Shown: positions 8,893 to 19,145 of the stretch, one piece after another | Numbering within the stretch: position 1 is the first letter of the stretch | How the letters are laid out: each line of letters opens with the position of its first letter | IMG/VR virus record: IMGVR_UViG_3300031965_000032 | Span: 1-59,080 of that record | DNA length: 59,080 nucleotides | From: a virus | Taxonomy: Duplodnaviria; Caudoviricetes | Direction: 5' to 3' (one strand) | Made by a program: the position numbers and the translations under genes | Notes under the pieces: model-generated | The model's input: only the letters and a program-made list of their open reading frames with translations | Databases searched by the model: none | Told to the model about the DNA's origin: nothing

Positions 8893-9728
8893 CAGATATC
8901 CGCTCGCACCGTCGGAATTGTCACGGACAAATCGGCGGCGATCACCCCGTCGGATGGAGTATCGCTGTCATCTGGTGGACCAAACAACTTGATCCGATCT
9001 CCGGACTCGAATGAAACATCTTCGGTGATTTCGATTGTGCCAGACTGGCCGCCAAAGCCGTCAACGCCTTCGCCAAACGTGAATGTGATCGTGCCGATTA
9101 CCGCATCGTTCTTGTAGAGCGGAAACACCGCGATTGCCACGCCGATAGCAGTCTCAAGATGCGCCGTTGCCGCAGCGGAGTCTTCCGCACGCAAGACGAC
9201 AGAACGCGCAAACGAGAGCTTCGCAAGCAATGCTGCATCGGCAACAATGTCGCCGATCACGCTGAATGCGATATCATAGTCTACATCGCGCAGGAAACCG
9301 ATCTGCTGCCAGAACGGGCCGTCGCTATCCCCTTCTTCCGGATCGAACGCCGTGGGGGAGGCCGGAGAACTATGATCCTGCAATGCCAGGAAGATGCCGA
9401 CCGTGCGGACCGAAACGATATCGAGACGCTTGTAGCTGGTGCTGTTCTGCCATTCGCCGCGCGATTGGAACGCCGCAATCGGCAACGGAATGATCACATC
9501 CCTGGTGTCGCTGCTGCCATCGGTGAAATGGAAAGTGATACTGCCGCCTGTCGTGGTGACAGGCGGATCGGCAAAGGTCAAACCGGCGCCGAGCAGCGCC
9601 TCTACCTCGGCCATTCGCTGATCGAGCGTGAAGAAATTGTTGTCACCTTGCAGCGATGTCAACTTCCCTTCAACGCCAGCGCCGCTTCCGGCGCCCCACG
9701 GGCCTGAGTTCTTGTAGTTCAAAGCCAT
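8892..9728 (-). CDS. Tail protein with carbohydrate-binding-module-like repeat
   Basis: LTSLQGDNNF N-terminus; RGEWQNSTSYKRLDIV...PFWQ CBM5/12-like motif. Confidence 0.65.
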   Translation of the reverse strand: MALNYKNSGPWGAGSGAGVEGKLTSLQGDNNFFTLDQRMAEVEALLGAGLTFADPPVTTTGGSITFHFTDGSSDTRDVIIPLPIAAFQSRGEWQNSTSYKRLDIVSVRTVGIFLALQDHSSPASPTAFDPEEGDSDGPFWQQIGFLRDVDYDIAFSVIGDIVADAALLAKLSFARSVVLRAEDSAAATAHLETAIGVAIAVFPLYKNDAVIGTITFTFGEGVDGFGGQSGTIEITEDVSFESGDRIKLFGPPDDSDTPSDGVIAADLSVTIPTVRADI

Positions 9729-9731
9729 AGT

Positions 9732-10199
9732 CTATTTCCTCGGAGGCAAACGTGAGGTCGCTATTGGTTCCTTGACGTAGGCTCTCGTAATTTCCCACGT
9801 CAGCGGATCGCCATCCTTGTCGACAAAATCGGAATTCTGCGGTTCGAAGTAGCGTTCCTCGACGATCACGCCGATCTCATTGCGCAGCCGCACCACGAGA
9901 TTCCATTGAATGTCGATGTGCTTATCGGGGTCCGGCGTCACCGGCTGCACTTTGACGCCGCCGCTTGTCCTGTTTTGATAGACGCGGATGCGATGATAGA
10001 TGCGGAACTCCACATCCTGCATGCTGCGCGAAAATCGCTCATTGTAGACGTGATTGAGATTGATCAGCGATCCGCTGGCGCCGCCGATACGGGCAACACC
10101 ACGATCTTCCTCATCCGCCGGCAGCGCCAGAGCGACGGCGGCCGGGCGAACGTTCAACGGAATCAGCGGACGAACGATGCGCTCAAGTGCTGCCGTCAT
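9732..10199 (-). CDS. Tail-tip hypothetical protein
   Basis: LERIVRP N-terminus; ATGA-coupled to the upstream tail gene. Confidence 0.65.
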   Translation of the reverse strand: MTAALERIVRPLIPLNVRPAAVALALPADEEDRGVARIGGASGSLINLNHVYNERFSRSMQDVEFRIYHRIRVYQNRTSGGVKVQPVTPDPDKHIDIQWNLVVRLRNEIGVIVEERYFEPQNSDFVDKDGDPLTWEITRAYVKEPIATSRLPPRK

Positions 10200-12190
10200 G
10201 CGCTGACACCACCGGAGAGATTGATCATGTTGGGAATCTTCAACTCCGACGTGGTGATCGGGTATGGCGACGAGAACGCATTGCGCATCGACTTGAGTTT
10301 GAAGGTTGCAACCGTCTCAATCTCCGCCAGTACCGCATTCATGGCATCGGCGCGCGCCTGCACCAGTTCCTGACGCTGCTCCTTGGTGAGTCCGATGATG
10401 CCGCCGTTCGTCCTATTCCACTCTTCGATCGCGGCCTGCAAGATGGGGCGCTGCGTCGCCTCGGGATTGACCACGTCGAGCGCCTGTTCGACCGCGCTAT
10501 CGACCGTCACTCCACCGATGAAGTCGATCCCGTCGTCCTGCGGATTGAACAGCGGTTGTTCATAACCGATGTCTGAATTGAACGACACGACGCGCCCGGT
10601 GCGTTCCTGATAATCATCCTCGATATAGTCGTCTTCGATCCAGGTCGGTTCTCCGGCACTGATTTCGATATCGCCACCATTGCCGACGGCACACGCCATG
10701 GTCACCGTTAACTCGACGGCGCCGCTGTCACCATTTACGCCGAAGTCCCATTCGACGATCTTTCCATCGGCCTGCCCGCCGGGAATGCGGGGATCGTAAA
10801 CGCGCGCGTTTTTCTTCAGGCCGATATCGAACAGACGATCGAGCGTCGGCGCGAATGTGACCTCGACTGCCCTGGCCCGGCGTAGCAAGTGATTGCGCGC
10901 CAGCAACAATAGATGCACGAGGCTCAATTGTCCGCGCTCAGTCAAGAGATAGCTGCGGCGGCGCGGGTCGCCGATCGGAACCACAGCGTCGGATGACTCG
11001 TCGATCGGATCGGAGAGGTTGACGGAACGGATATTGTCGAGCCGTAGCGCCTCGTCCTCGCCCGGCATAGTCACCAGCGGTTGCACGTCGGCCTTGAGCG
11101 TAAATGTGACCCGCTCCTCGCACGGGCGCGCCGCGTCGTATGCGGCACGAAGTGTTGGCACCATGTAGGCTACTGGGATAATGCCGTCGGTGTGATTCAG
11201 CGAATAGCTCCAGGTTGCCAAATCCTTGCCGCCGGCACCGTCATCCTTGTAGGTGACCCGCAATGTCTCATCTGTCATAAATGACGGAACTGCAATTGAT
11301 CCAGGCGGGATTTTTGCGAGATAGTCGTCCGATGTCGATATATCAATGTTCGTCGTGACGCCGTCCCACCATTTTATGATCTTGCTGTCGTCCCCAGCGA
11401 CGTGCAGCACATCGAGGCCGTAAAGCAGTACGCAACTCGATGCCTCGACACGCCAATTGTCGCCGATAGCGCCCCCCGGTTGCGGCCAGTTGGTCTCGCG
11501 CAGCGTAAACGAGGTAATGTAGTTTCCCGCGACGGACTTCGGCCAGTTGGCGATCAGGTAACTGGAAAGATCGACCGAACCTTGCGCCAACTGTGTCCAT
11601 GACAGTAGCGCATCGACCGCGACCGAACGCAGCGGGATGTCGCTCGCAAGCGCCAAGTCGAAGCCGTCATAGAGCATTTCATGCGCGGAAAACTCCGCAA
11701 GCGCATCCTCGCCGATCAAGATGTCCGAGACGCCGACGACATGCGTCACCGGATCGATGTGGATGCGCTTAGAGTACGCCTCTAAAACTATGTCAGGATC
11801 GTCACGCCGAAGCGGATCGATAAAGACCTCGTCAAACCATGGCAGCACCCGCAAGGCGTCAGTGACCGCCTGCTTTTGCGCGACAAAATCGGCAGGCCGA
11901 GCTATCAACTCGACCGTCACCGCTTCCTGTAGAATGCTCGACGGCACGCCGACAATGCGACCGAAAAACAAAGGTATGGCAACAGGCGATCCGACCGGCC
12001 GCACGGAGAACCACAGCCATGTCGGACCTGCGAGCAATCCAACACCTGGATTCTTGATCTCCAACTGAAGCGCGGCGAACTCCTGTTCCTGATGCCGCCT
12101 GCTGAACGACATCACGGTCCAATCGGTGCGGGCGTAGTCCTGGGAAAACACGGTCTCTCCAGACTCGACCAAGGCGAAGTAAAATTGCAT
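10196..12190 (-). CDS. Central tail/baseplate hub-like protein
   Basis: 664 aa, second gene after the tape measure; PLFFGRIVGVP motif. Confidence 0.7.
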   Translation of the reverse strand: MQFYFALVESGETVFSQDYARTDWTVMSFSRRHQEQEFAALQLEIKNPGVGLLAGPTWLWFSVRPVGSPVAIPLFFGRIVGVPSSILQEAVTVELIARPADFVAQKQAVTDALRVLPWFDEVFIDPLRRDDPDIVLEAYSKRIHIDPVTHVVGVSDILIGEDALAEFSAHEMLYDGFDLALASDIPLRSVAVDALLSWTQLAQGSVDLSSYLIANWPKSVAGNYITSFTLRETNWPQPGGAIGDNWRVEASSCVLLYGLDVLHVAGDDSKIIKWWDGVTTNIDISTSDDYLAKIPPGSIAVPSFMTDETLRVTYKDDGAGGKDLATWSYSLNHTDGIIPVAYMVPTLRAAYDAARPCEERVTFTLKADVQPLVTMPGEDEALRLDNIRSVNLSDPIDESSDAVVPIGDPRRRSYLLTERGQLSLVHLLLLARNHLLRRARAVEVTFAPTLDRLFDIGLKKNARVYDPRIPGGQADGKIVEWDFGVNGDSGAVELTVTMACAVGNGGDIEISAGEPTWIEDDYIEDDYQERTGRVVSFNSDIGYEQPLFNPQDDGIDFIGGVTVDSAVEQALDVVNPEATQRPILQAAIEEWNRTNGGIIGLTKEQRQELVQARADAMNAVLAEIETVATFKLKSMRNAFSSPYPITTSELKIPNMINLSGGVSA

Positions 12191-12191
12191 C

Positions 12192-12572
12192 CTATTTTTC
12201 CAGCAGCACGAGGTGCCAACTGCCCTGCGCTTCCCATTCCTTCCGATCCGTCGTCCACTCGACGACCATCATGGTCAACGTCATGACGCCACTGCTGTCT
12301 TCCACACCTAGCCCTGGTATCAGCGTCACCTCGACTTCCTTGCCGCGCCAGATATCGTTGAGATTAGGCACCTCATGATCGCTGCACAACACTTCCACAC
12401 GATATTTCCGGAACTGCGGAAGCGTCATATCGACGAGGTTGCCGTTCACGTCACGACGCAGCGATCCGGTCGCGATGGGCTGCAACACCACACTGATATT
12501 GCGTGTCGCGTAATCGGAGAAGTCGATGCCGTCGATAGACAGCAGCGTCGTCGGCGATTTTGGGAATGCCAT
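12192..12572 (-). CDS. Distal tail protein-like
   Basis: Directly after the tape measure; LRRDVNGNLVD motif. Confidence 0.65.
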   Translation of the reverse strand: MAFPKSPTTLLSIDGIDFSDYATRNISVVLQPIATGSLRRDVNGNLVDMTLPQFRKYRVEVLCSDHEVPNLNDIWRGKEVEVTLIPGLGVEDSSGVMTLTMMVVEWTTDRKEWEAQGSWHLVLLEK

Positions 12573-12574
12573 CG

Positions 12575-15500
12575 CTAACTGTCCGCGCTTGGCCGGCGCC
12601 CGGCGCTGCGCAGGCGCGACCGCGTGGCATAACGAGTTAGGCTCTGCGCCGTTTGTTCGTCCGTGAAGACGCGCCCGATCGTCTCCCCGACATCGGACTT
12701 CAGCACCAGTTCGCCGAGATTGCGAGTTCGCCCAGCAGCGACTCCGATCGGTTCAGCGACCGCGCCGCCAGCTGCATATCCAGGCACCATCAACGCGCCC
12801 ATCGACCGATTGAGGCCGTCGACAAACCCGCCCATGCTGAAACCATCCGCGTCGTGCAAAAACATGGCGATGGCACGGCGCAGGTCGCCGACGCGGCGCA
12901 GCGTCTCCAGGAACGCCAGCACGCCGGGCCGGCTCACCACGCGCGCCGGCTCGACATATTCGCCACCGTGAACGACACCGGCGACGCGGCTGCTCCCTAT
13001 ATTGCCGGTATAGCCGCCGCCGGCAAACCCGCCGCCGCCGCCGCCTCCGGCAGAGGCCGCCGCGGCCGCGGCTTCCCGCGCCAAAGCGATAACCTGCTGC
13101 AGGGCCGCAATGGCACGCGCCGCCGCCGCCTCGATCGCCGCCAGCATGCTCGATACAGCCGAGGTCACTTCCGCAGCGATCGTCGAGACGAAGATCGGGA
13201 TATGGCCGAGAGCTTGTGTGATCGCCGATGCGACGCCCGAAAACGCTTGCGCGATGGCCGCGCTGGCCGCTTGTGACGCGGCGACCATTTCCCGCAGCAG
13301 CGCGTTGAACACCGCGCCGGCATTCGCCGTGCCCGATTGGAACGATCCCGCGATGACAGTCCACATGCCAGTCGCGCCTTGCGCGATGGCGTCGAATGCG
13401 GCTTGAGCGGCGCTGCGCATCTGCTCCAGCGCCGCCGTGATTGCCGCTGGGTCGAGCCCGAGCAGATTGGTTCCGCCGATTCCCTCACCTACCCCACCAA
13501 TACCCTGAGCCTGCGCACCGCGGATACCAAATAACTCTTGACCGATCTGCTTGATGATATCTAGCAACCCCTGGAACTTTGACGGTTCCGCGATTTTGTC
13601 AAATTCCTGCCGTGCGCTTTCCGCCTGGCGCTGAAGCGCTCCCAGCAATTCCGGAGATTTGAACTGTTCCAGGGATTTAATGGCCCCATCGATGCCAACT
13701 TTGAGCCCACCGATGTCGAGTTTTTGGGTTAATTCATTGATGTCGATATTATCGACTGCCTGATCGATATCGTCAAACGAGCGAGCAATATGATCGAGTT
13801 CATCATCGATCTGTGCATTCTTCAGTGCGCCGAATTGTTTCTCAAGATTGCGTACCGCAGCTCCGACATCGATTATTCCCCTGCCTTGCGATCGCTCTTG
13901 CTCCAGCGTGATATCGCGCGTTGCCTTGCCGGCCTCACCGGCGCCTTTTGTGAGTTCTCGCAACTGATCGAGCAGGCTTTTTGCCCCGCCTTCGGCGGCC
14001 TTCAACGCGCCTGTCGCTTCGTCTCCCGTCTTCTCCATCTCTCCACTAAGACGCGCCCAGGCTTCGGTAAGTCCTGCCGCTGCGACGGCAGCGAGGATGA
14101 GAGCAACGGCAATCGGATTGCGCACAATCAAAGCGACGAACAGGCGCCCGAGATTGATGAGCGCAGGAATCAGCGCGGCAGTAAGCGCGATGGCAAGGCC
14201 GTAGGTGGCGGCGGTCATCAGCGTCATACCGGAGACTAAAGACGTGATCCTTACTCCGAACGGCTCCAGCGCAACGTTCACAAGGCCAGTGATGGCCGCA
14301 GCAAGAGCGTCGAAAACGACACGCATCTGATCAGGGAACAGCAGGATCAGTGCCAACGCGGCGCCGAGACCTCCGATCACGCCGGTCAACCGAGTGATGA
14401 TGGTGAACAGCCTTTCGACGATCGCCAGTGAAGCGGCTACGCTGACCAGGATGCCACCCAGTGCGCTGAAAGCCCTGGTAATGCTTCCGACAACTGCGAT
14501 TACGATCAGGGCATCACCGGTGAAAGCCGTCCCGAAAAGTCGATTGATGTGCGGTGCGATTGCGATCACAGCGCGGCGGAACAGAACGAATGCAAGAACG
14601 ACCTGCAGAATGATCCCAGGCATTGATTTGAGAAATGCAACGACATCCCTTACCCAATCAAACTGAATATCCTGATCGCGACCCGATAACGCCGCTAGGA
14701 AATCACTCCAAACGCCGCTCAAAAAGTCACCAACAGTCGTCGTCAACTCTCCGATCGTGATCTCGACTCCGGCGATGCTCTCACGGAAGGCGGCGATATC
14801 AGGCACCGACGATGTGAACACGCCAGCGAGCAGGATGGCCAGCGTATTGAAGCCGCCGATCAGCGTCGAAAGCACGGCGACGATGCCGAGATCTGCCGCC
14901 GTCAGCTTGGTGCCGAACGCCTCGTTGATGAACGTGGCTACCGCCTCGGCACCCTTGCTCAGTGCCGCAAACGCCGGCAGGATGATGCCGTTGATGACCT
15001 TGTCGACTGAGGTGCCGAGTTTGACGACATTGTCGCGGAAAGCGATCAGGCTCTTAGTCTCGACCTTGTCATCCTCGCCACGCAACAGGCGGAAGAAATC
15101 GGCGAGAACGGAGGTCGCCTTATCGCCAATGAAGGCTACCCATTCGCGGATCACGTCACGATTGGCGCGGATCAAACTGGTGAGCGCGCGGATTGCCGGC
15201 GTCAACGGTCCGAGGAACAGTGATCCGAGCGCGGTTCGTCCCTGCGCCGATGCGGCGGAGAATTCCCGCAGCGCAGAGGCGAATTCCTTGGCCTCCTTGA
15301 TATCCTCTTCCGAGAAGCCGAGCCCGAGCGACTTGAACCGTTCGCGTATGGCATCGATGCTGGTGACACCTTTTCGCAAGTCCTCAACAAGCAACTTGCC
15401 GACCGTATCGCCGAATGCCTTGGTGGCGAGTTCGGTTTGCTTTTCCTCGCTGCGCAGATTAACCAGGGCGGTGACGAATGCCTTCAGCCCGTCGGCAGAC

Positions 15501-16321
15501 TTGTCCGCCTTGAAGCCGGCCAGCGCGGCGTCCAACTCGTCGAAACGCCGCTTGCCGCCGGCGAAGGATTGAGCCAGCCCATCGATAGCGCGGGCCGCAC
15601 CCTTGGCGCCTTCCTCAGTATCGGGGAAGCGCTGGCCGAGCTTTTCCAGCGCGGCCTTGCCCTTTTTGAACGCTTCATCCGCCGCATCGCCGAAATGCGT
15701 GATGGCCTGGCGCGCCTCGCTTTCCTTGGCGCCCATCTGCCCAAGGATGAACACGAGCTCCTGATAGTCGTCGGTGTCGAAATCTCCTGCGGCGCGGCGC
15801 AAATCCTCCAACGACGATGCGGCATTCTTTGCGGCGGTGACGATGCCGGCAATGAGGCCGACCACACCGCCGACAGTGAGGCCGACAGCGATGAATTTGC
15901 GAATACCGGATGCGGCCTCGTTGATCGGCCCCGGCAGCTTGGCGACTTCGTTCGCGACACCCTTGACCCCATCGCGCACCCGATCGAACGAACTACCGAG
16001 CCGTTCGACTTGACTGTCGCGCCCGATCTCGGCGGCGGTTGTCGCCAGACCCGCAACCTCGCCCTTGGCCTCGGCGGACGCCGTGCCGGCACGCACGATC
16101 GATTTGGTGAAGCTGTCAACATTGGCAGCGGCCGGTGCAAACTCACGACCGGCACGTTGCGCCGCCGTGCCGATATCGCGGATCGGACCGCCCAGCGCCT
16201 GTGCAGCGCGCGCGATCTCATGGAACGCCTGCGCGCCGGCCTGCGCCAGCTGCGTCAATTGCGCCCGTATCTGCTGGTCGCCGTCGAACGCGATGCGTTG
16301 CGTGATGGTCTTGGTGGCCAT
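12575..16321 (-). CDS. Tape measure protein
   Basis: 1248 aa, Ala-rich and helical, central hydrophobic segments, GFAGGGYTG...GVVHGGEYV motif. Confidence 0.92.
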   Translation of the reverse strand: MATKTITQRIAFDGDQQIRAQLTQLAQAGAQAFHEIARAAQALGGPIRDIGTAAQRAGREFAPAAANVDSFTKSIVRAGTASAEAKGEVAGLATTAAEIGRDSQVERLGSSFDRVRDGVKGVANEVAKLPGPINEAASGIRKFIAVGLTVGGVVGLIAGIVTAAKNAASSLEDLRRAAGDFDTDDYQELVFILGQMGAKESEARQAITHFGDAADEAFKKGKAALEKLGQRFPDTEEGAKGAARAIDGLAQSFAGGKRRFDELDAALAGFKADKSADGLKAFVTALVNLRSEEKQTELATKAFGDTVGKLLVEDLRKGVTSIDAIRERFKSLGLGFSEEDIKEAKEFASALREFSAASAQGRTALGSLFLGPLTPAIRALTSLIRANRDVIREWVAFIGDKATSVLADFFRLLRGEDDKVETKSLIAFRDNVVKLGTSVDKVINGIILPAFAALSKGAEAVATFINEAFGTKLTAADLGIVAVLSTLIGGFNTLAILLAGVFTSSVPDIAAFRESIAGVEITIGELTTTVGDFLSGVWSDFLAALSGRDQDIQFDWVRDVVAFLKSMPGIILQVVLAFVLFRRAVIAIAPHINRLFGTAFTGDALIVIAVVGSITRAFSALGGILVSVAASLAIVERLFTIITRLTGVIGGLGAALALILLFPDQMRVVFDALAAAITGLVNVALEPFGVRITSLVSGMTLMTAATYGLAIALTAALIPALINLGRLFVALIVRNPIAVALILAAVAAAGLTEAWARLSGEMEKTGDEATGALKAAEGGAKSLLDQLRELTKGAGEAGKATRDITLEQERSQGRGIIDVGAAVRNLEKQFGALKNAQIDDELDHIARSFDDIDQAVDNIDINELTQKLDIGGLKVGIDGAIKSLEQFKSPELLGALQRQAESARQEFDKIAEPSKFQGLLDIIKQIGQELFGIRGAQAQGIGGVGEGIGGTNLLGLDPAAITAALEQMRSAAQAAFDAIAQGATGMWTVIAGSFQSGTANAGAVFNALLREMVAASQAASAAIAQAFSGVASAITQALGHIPIFVSTIAAEVTSAVSSMLAAIEAAAARAIAALQQVIALAREAAAAAASAGGGGGGGFAGGGYTGNIGSSRVAGVVHGGEYVEPARVVSRPGVLAFLETLRRVGDLRRAIAMFLHDADGFSMGGFVDGLNRSMGALMVPGYAAGGAVAEPIGVAAGRTRNLGELVLKSDVGETIGRVFTDEQTAQSLTRYATRSRLRSAGRRPSADS

Positions 16322-16322
16322 G

Positions 16323-16904
16323 TCAATCCGTGCGCAGATGCTTGCTGAAGAGTTCGGGCAGCCGATCCGCCCATTTGCGGACGATGGCGATAATGTCGAA
16401 CCGTTTGCGGATGGTCACCGACTCGACGCCGACGAACAGCGGGCGCCGGTTTTGGCGAAACTGGCTTCGTCTCTTAGCCACGAGCAGCGGGCGTCGGCCG
16501 GGACGGTTGATGGAGGCAAGCCCGCCGACGAGGCGGGCCACATCGCGCGGGCGGCGGGCACCGGCCGGCAGCGGAGCGCCGGTCAGCGGAATCCACAACA
16601 GTCCGCCGGCCTCGGGGAAGATCGTGCCACCTTCCTCGAAAATGCCGGCGTAGGGGATGGCGTGGAACAATGTCCCGGATGCGTCGATCGATGCGCCGCT
16701 CTCTGGGAAAATTCGCGCCCGCAATCCTGACTGCCAACGTTCGGAGAAACCGGCGCCGGCGATATTGGCGCGGCCTTCCGCCAGCGCGCCGGCCATCGCC
16801 TCGCGTACCGCCCCGGTCGCCGCCCGCGCCATGCGCTGCTCGATCTCTCGCATTGCCTGCACAAACAACGCGTCGGTGTCGTTGCTGCGAAACGTCGCGG
16901 TCAT
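16323..16904 (-). CDS. Neck/tail-completion-like protein (DUF6441-like)
   Basis: YAGIFEEGGTI...LWIPL...PLFVGVESVTIRKRF pattern; upstream of the tape measure. Confidence 0.6.
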   Translation of the reverse strand: MTATFRSNDTDALFVQAMREIEQRMARAATGAVREAMAGALAEGRANIAGAGFSERWQSGLRARIFPESGASIDASGTLFHAIPYAGIFEEGGTIFPEAGGLLWIPLTGAPLPAGARRPRDVARLVGGLASINRPGRRPLLVAKRRSQFRQNRRPLFVGVESVTIRKRFDIIAIVRKWADRLPELFSKHLRTD

Positions 16905-17233
16905 GGCTTGCCCGCCGGTTCAACCGTCACATGCTCGCCGCGGCGGCGCATCGTTTCAGGGGTGATATCGTCGCCTTCGACAGTGGCCGCACCGCTGGGA
17001 CCGCTGTCCATTTTCCGCAGCACCTCGTTGATGCGCTTTTCATCGCCCTGGGCCGCGATCACCGCGAGATAGAAATCGCCACGCTGGCGCGCGCGAGCGA
17101 ACCGCAGGCAGGCGAACAATTCCCTCGGCGTCATGGCGAGCACATCGGCTCGCGCATAGCCGGCGCCGATCAGGGCGTCGCAGGCGCTTCCGATGTGATC
17201 GACGGCTCGTCGCCAGCCGTCTCCATTTTTTTT
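16901..17233 (-). CDS. Tail assembly chaperone -1 frameshift extension (gpT-like)
   Basis: Open -1 frame KKNGDGWRR...VLAMTPRELF entered at A AAA AAA; its stop overlaps the next gene start. Confidence 0.75.
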   Translation of the reverse strand, partial: KKNGDGWRRAVDHIGSACDALIGAGYARADVLAMTPRELFACLRFARARQRGDFYLAVIAAQGDEKRINEVLRKMDSGPSGAATVEGDDITPETMRRRGEHVTVEPAGKP

Positions 17234-17652
17234 AGCGCGGCGCGCACTGCTGCGATGGCTTTTTCGAGCCCCTTTGGCATCAGGCCGGCGGCTCGCAGCA
17301 GTTGGACGAAAGGGTCGAAGCCGTCCGGGGCCGTCAACCTCCACACGCTCGCCAACATCGTCGCCTTCTCGCCAACAGACAGGTTTGCGAATGCGGCCTC
17401 GGTCCCGGCGTCGCCGAGTTTGCCGACCGACGACGCGCAGATCGCGCCCAACGCGGCCGTCGGCAGACGCGCCAAATCCACTACGGTTTCAACTTGTTCG
17501 CCGTCCTCCGACGATTGACCGACCATGGCCCTCATGGCTCCGCCGAAGCGGCCGATCAGTTTCGCGATGTCTGGCAAATCGATGCCGCGCACATCGAAGG
17601 TCTTACCGCGGATCGTCACGCTCTCGCTCAGCGGCACAAAATCGAAATCCAT
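17170..17652 (-). CDS. Tail assembly chaperone (gpG-like)
   Basis: Follows the major tail protein; slippery A8 run near the 3' end. Confidence 0.8.
   Translation of the reverse strand: MDFDFVPLSESVTIRGKTFDVRGIDLPDIAKLIGRFGGAMRAMVGQSSEDGEQVETVVDLARLPTAALGAICASSVGKLGDAGTEAAFANLSVGEKATMLASVWRLTAPDGFDPFVQLLRAAGLMPKGLEKAIAAVRAALKKMETAGDEPSITSEAPATP
17226..17233 (-). other. Programmed -1 ribosomal frameshift slippery site (A AAA AAA)
   Basis: CTA AAA AAA ATG in frame 0; a -1 slip gives AAA AAA AAT GGA. Confidence 0.8.
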
Positions 17653-17714
17653 AAACGGCTCCCATGCAGTGAATTGAAGGGGCGCCGGACCAGGCGCCCC
17701 GCAGTGAACAGAGA

Positions 17715-18230
17715 CTACGCGCTGGCCTCGGCCTTCATGATCCAGCGGCCGAACTTGCCGTCCTGCTTCAGCACCGTCAGCAGCAGCGGAATTGAGTTGA
17801 TGCCATCGGTGATGAAGTTGAAATCGCCGTTCGGACGGATCGAGACGCGCGCCCAGAATTCCATCTCGCGACCGCGGGCATTGTCGCTGATGTACTTCAT
17901 GTCGGCCTCGATCGAGGTGAGCGTGAGGCCGCCGGCCTCCTCGTCGCCGTCGCTGTTGGTCGCGAATTCGCCCATGACGAACATCGCCATGTTTTCCGGC
18001 GTGACTTCCTCCAGCACGGCGGTGAGGCGCTTGGCGATCTCGGTGATGACGGTGAAGTCTGTCGACTTCAACCCTGACATCGATTGCTTGTGTTCGTCTT
18101 CGGTTATGTCGACCGCAACCGACAGCGTCGGCACGTTGCCGACATGGCGATAATCGATATCGACCGATCGCTTGATGTAGAGCGCACCGGCACCGTACTG
18201 ATAGTTCTGCGTCGAGGGAGAAGTGGGCAT
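17715..18230 (-). CDS. Major tail tube protein
   Basis: NYQYGAGALY...YRHVGNVP...EH pattern; GGAGG SD; between terminator and chaperone genes. Confidence 0.85.
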   Translation of the reverse strand: MPTSPSTQNYQYGAGALYIKRSVDIDYRHVGNVPTLSVAVDITEDEHKQSMSGLKSTDFTVITEIAKRLTAVLEEVTPENMAMFVMGEFATNSDGDEEAGGLTLTSIEADMKYISDNARGREMEFWARVSIRPNGDFNFITDGINSIPLLLTVLKQDGKFGRWIMKAEASA

Positions 18231-18340
18231 GGCTGTTTGCCTCCGTTAAGGCCAGAGATGCGCGTTGCCCAGGCGCGCGGTTAGGGCGGCAGGCGACCCG
18301 ATGGGCCGCCCGAGCAAGGTCTTTCGACTGAGGGGGGGGA

Positions 18341-18787
18341 TTACAGTTCGTTTGGGTCGAGGATGTAGGTGAACGCGAATTTCAGCGCCACGCGTCCGAT
18401 CATGTCCCGGCCGTAGGCAAGATCGCTCACCAAGCCGAGATAGAAGATCGAACGCCGGTTGAACGTATAGCCGGCGAGCGTCGCATCCGAGAGCACCGCC
18501 TTAATGATTCGCGCGCGCAGCGTGTTGAGATCGGTCCCGACCGACTCCGGCTTGGCCGCCGTGTGGACGATCACCTGCGGCGTCATGACGATGCGGCGAT
18601 GCGTCGTGGTCGGTTTGCCATGCTGATCCTCGATCGGCGGTTCCGGTTCGTCGCCCTCGCGCACCGATACCGCCGGGAATGAAACCTCGTTCTGCGTCTC
18701 GACGTTGCGCTTGGCCGTCACGATGCCTTCGACCGATGCAACGACGACGAGCAGCCTCACCATGATCTGTTCGCGCACGTCGGTCAT
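18341..18787 (-). CDS. Tail terminator-like protein
   Basis: DVREQIMVRL...FPAVSVREGDE; directly upstream of the major tail gene. Confidence 0.7.
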   Translation of the reverse strand: MTDVREQIMVRLLVVVASVEGIVTAKRNVETQNEVSFPAVSVREGDEPEPPIEDQHGKPTTTHRRIVMTPQVIVHTAAKPESVGTDLNTLRARIIKAVLSDATLAGYTFNRRSIFYLGLVSDLAYGRDMIGRVALKFAFTYILDPNEL

Positions 18788-19140
18788 AGCTCGACCACCA
18801 CGAGATAGACTTCGCCCTTGCCGTTGGGCGGGCGGCCCGGCTCGCTATAGAACTCGACGCGGTAGTTTTTGCCGTCGCAGGCAAGTTCGCTGCCGGCGAG
18901 ATCGGCGCGGTTCAGGCCGAGCGTATCAAGTTCGCTTTCGCGCACCGCAAACGCCTGTTGCGACGACAGCACGGTCATCTGCCGCGATACCTCGCCAAGC
19001 CGGTCGCCGATTTCCACCGGCAACTGCTTCGGAATCACCGTCAACGGGTAATCGGCGCCATCCGACCCTGAGACGGTCAGCACAGCCGCCATGCCATAAA
19101 TCTCATAGAGGGTGTCGTAATGCAGTTCCCAGTCCGTCAT
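18784..19140 (-). CDS. Head-tail joining (gpFII-like) protein
   Basis: Start MTDWELHY; DGKNYRV beta-barrel pattern; gene position. Confidence 0.7.
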   Translation of the reverse strand: MTDWELHYDTLYEIYGMAAVLTVSGSDGADYPLTVIPKQLPVEIGDRLGEVSRQMTVLSSQQAFAVRESELDTLGLNRADLAGSELACDGKNYRVEFYSEPGRPPNGKGEVYLVVVEL

Positions 19141-19145
19141 TGCTA

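Noticed and set aside
13020-13140. GCC/GGC-rich simple repeats
   Set aside because: They encode the Gly/Ala-rich linker of the tape measure protein
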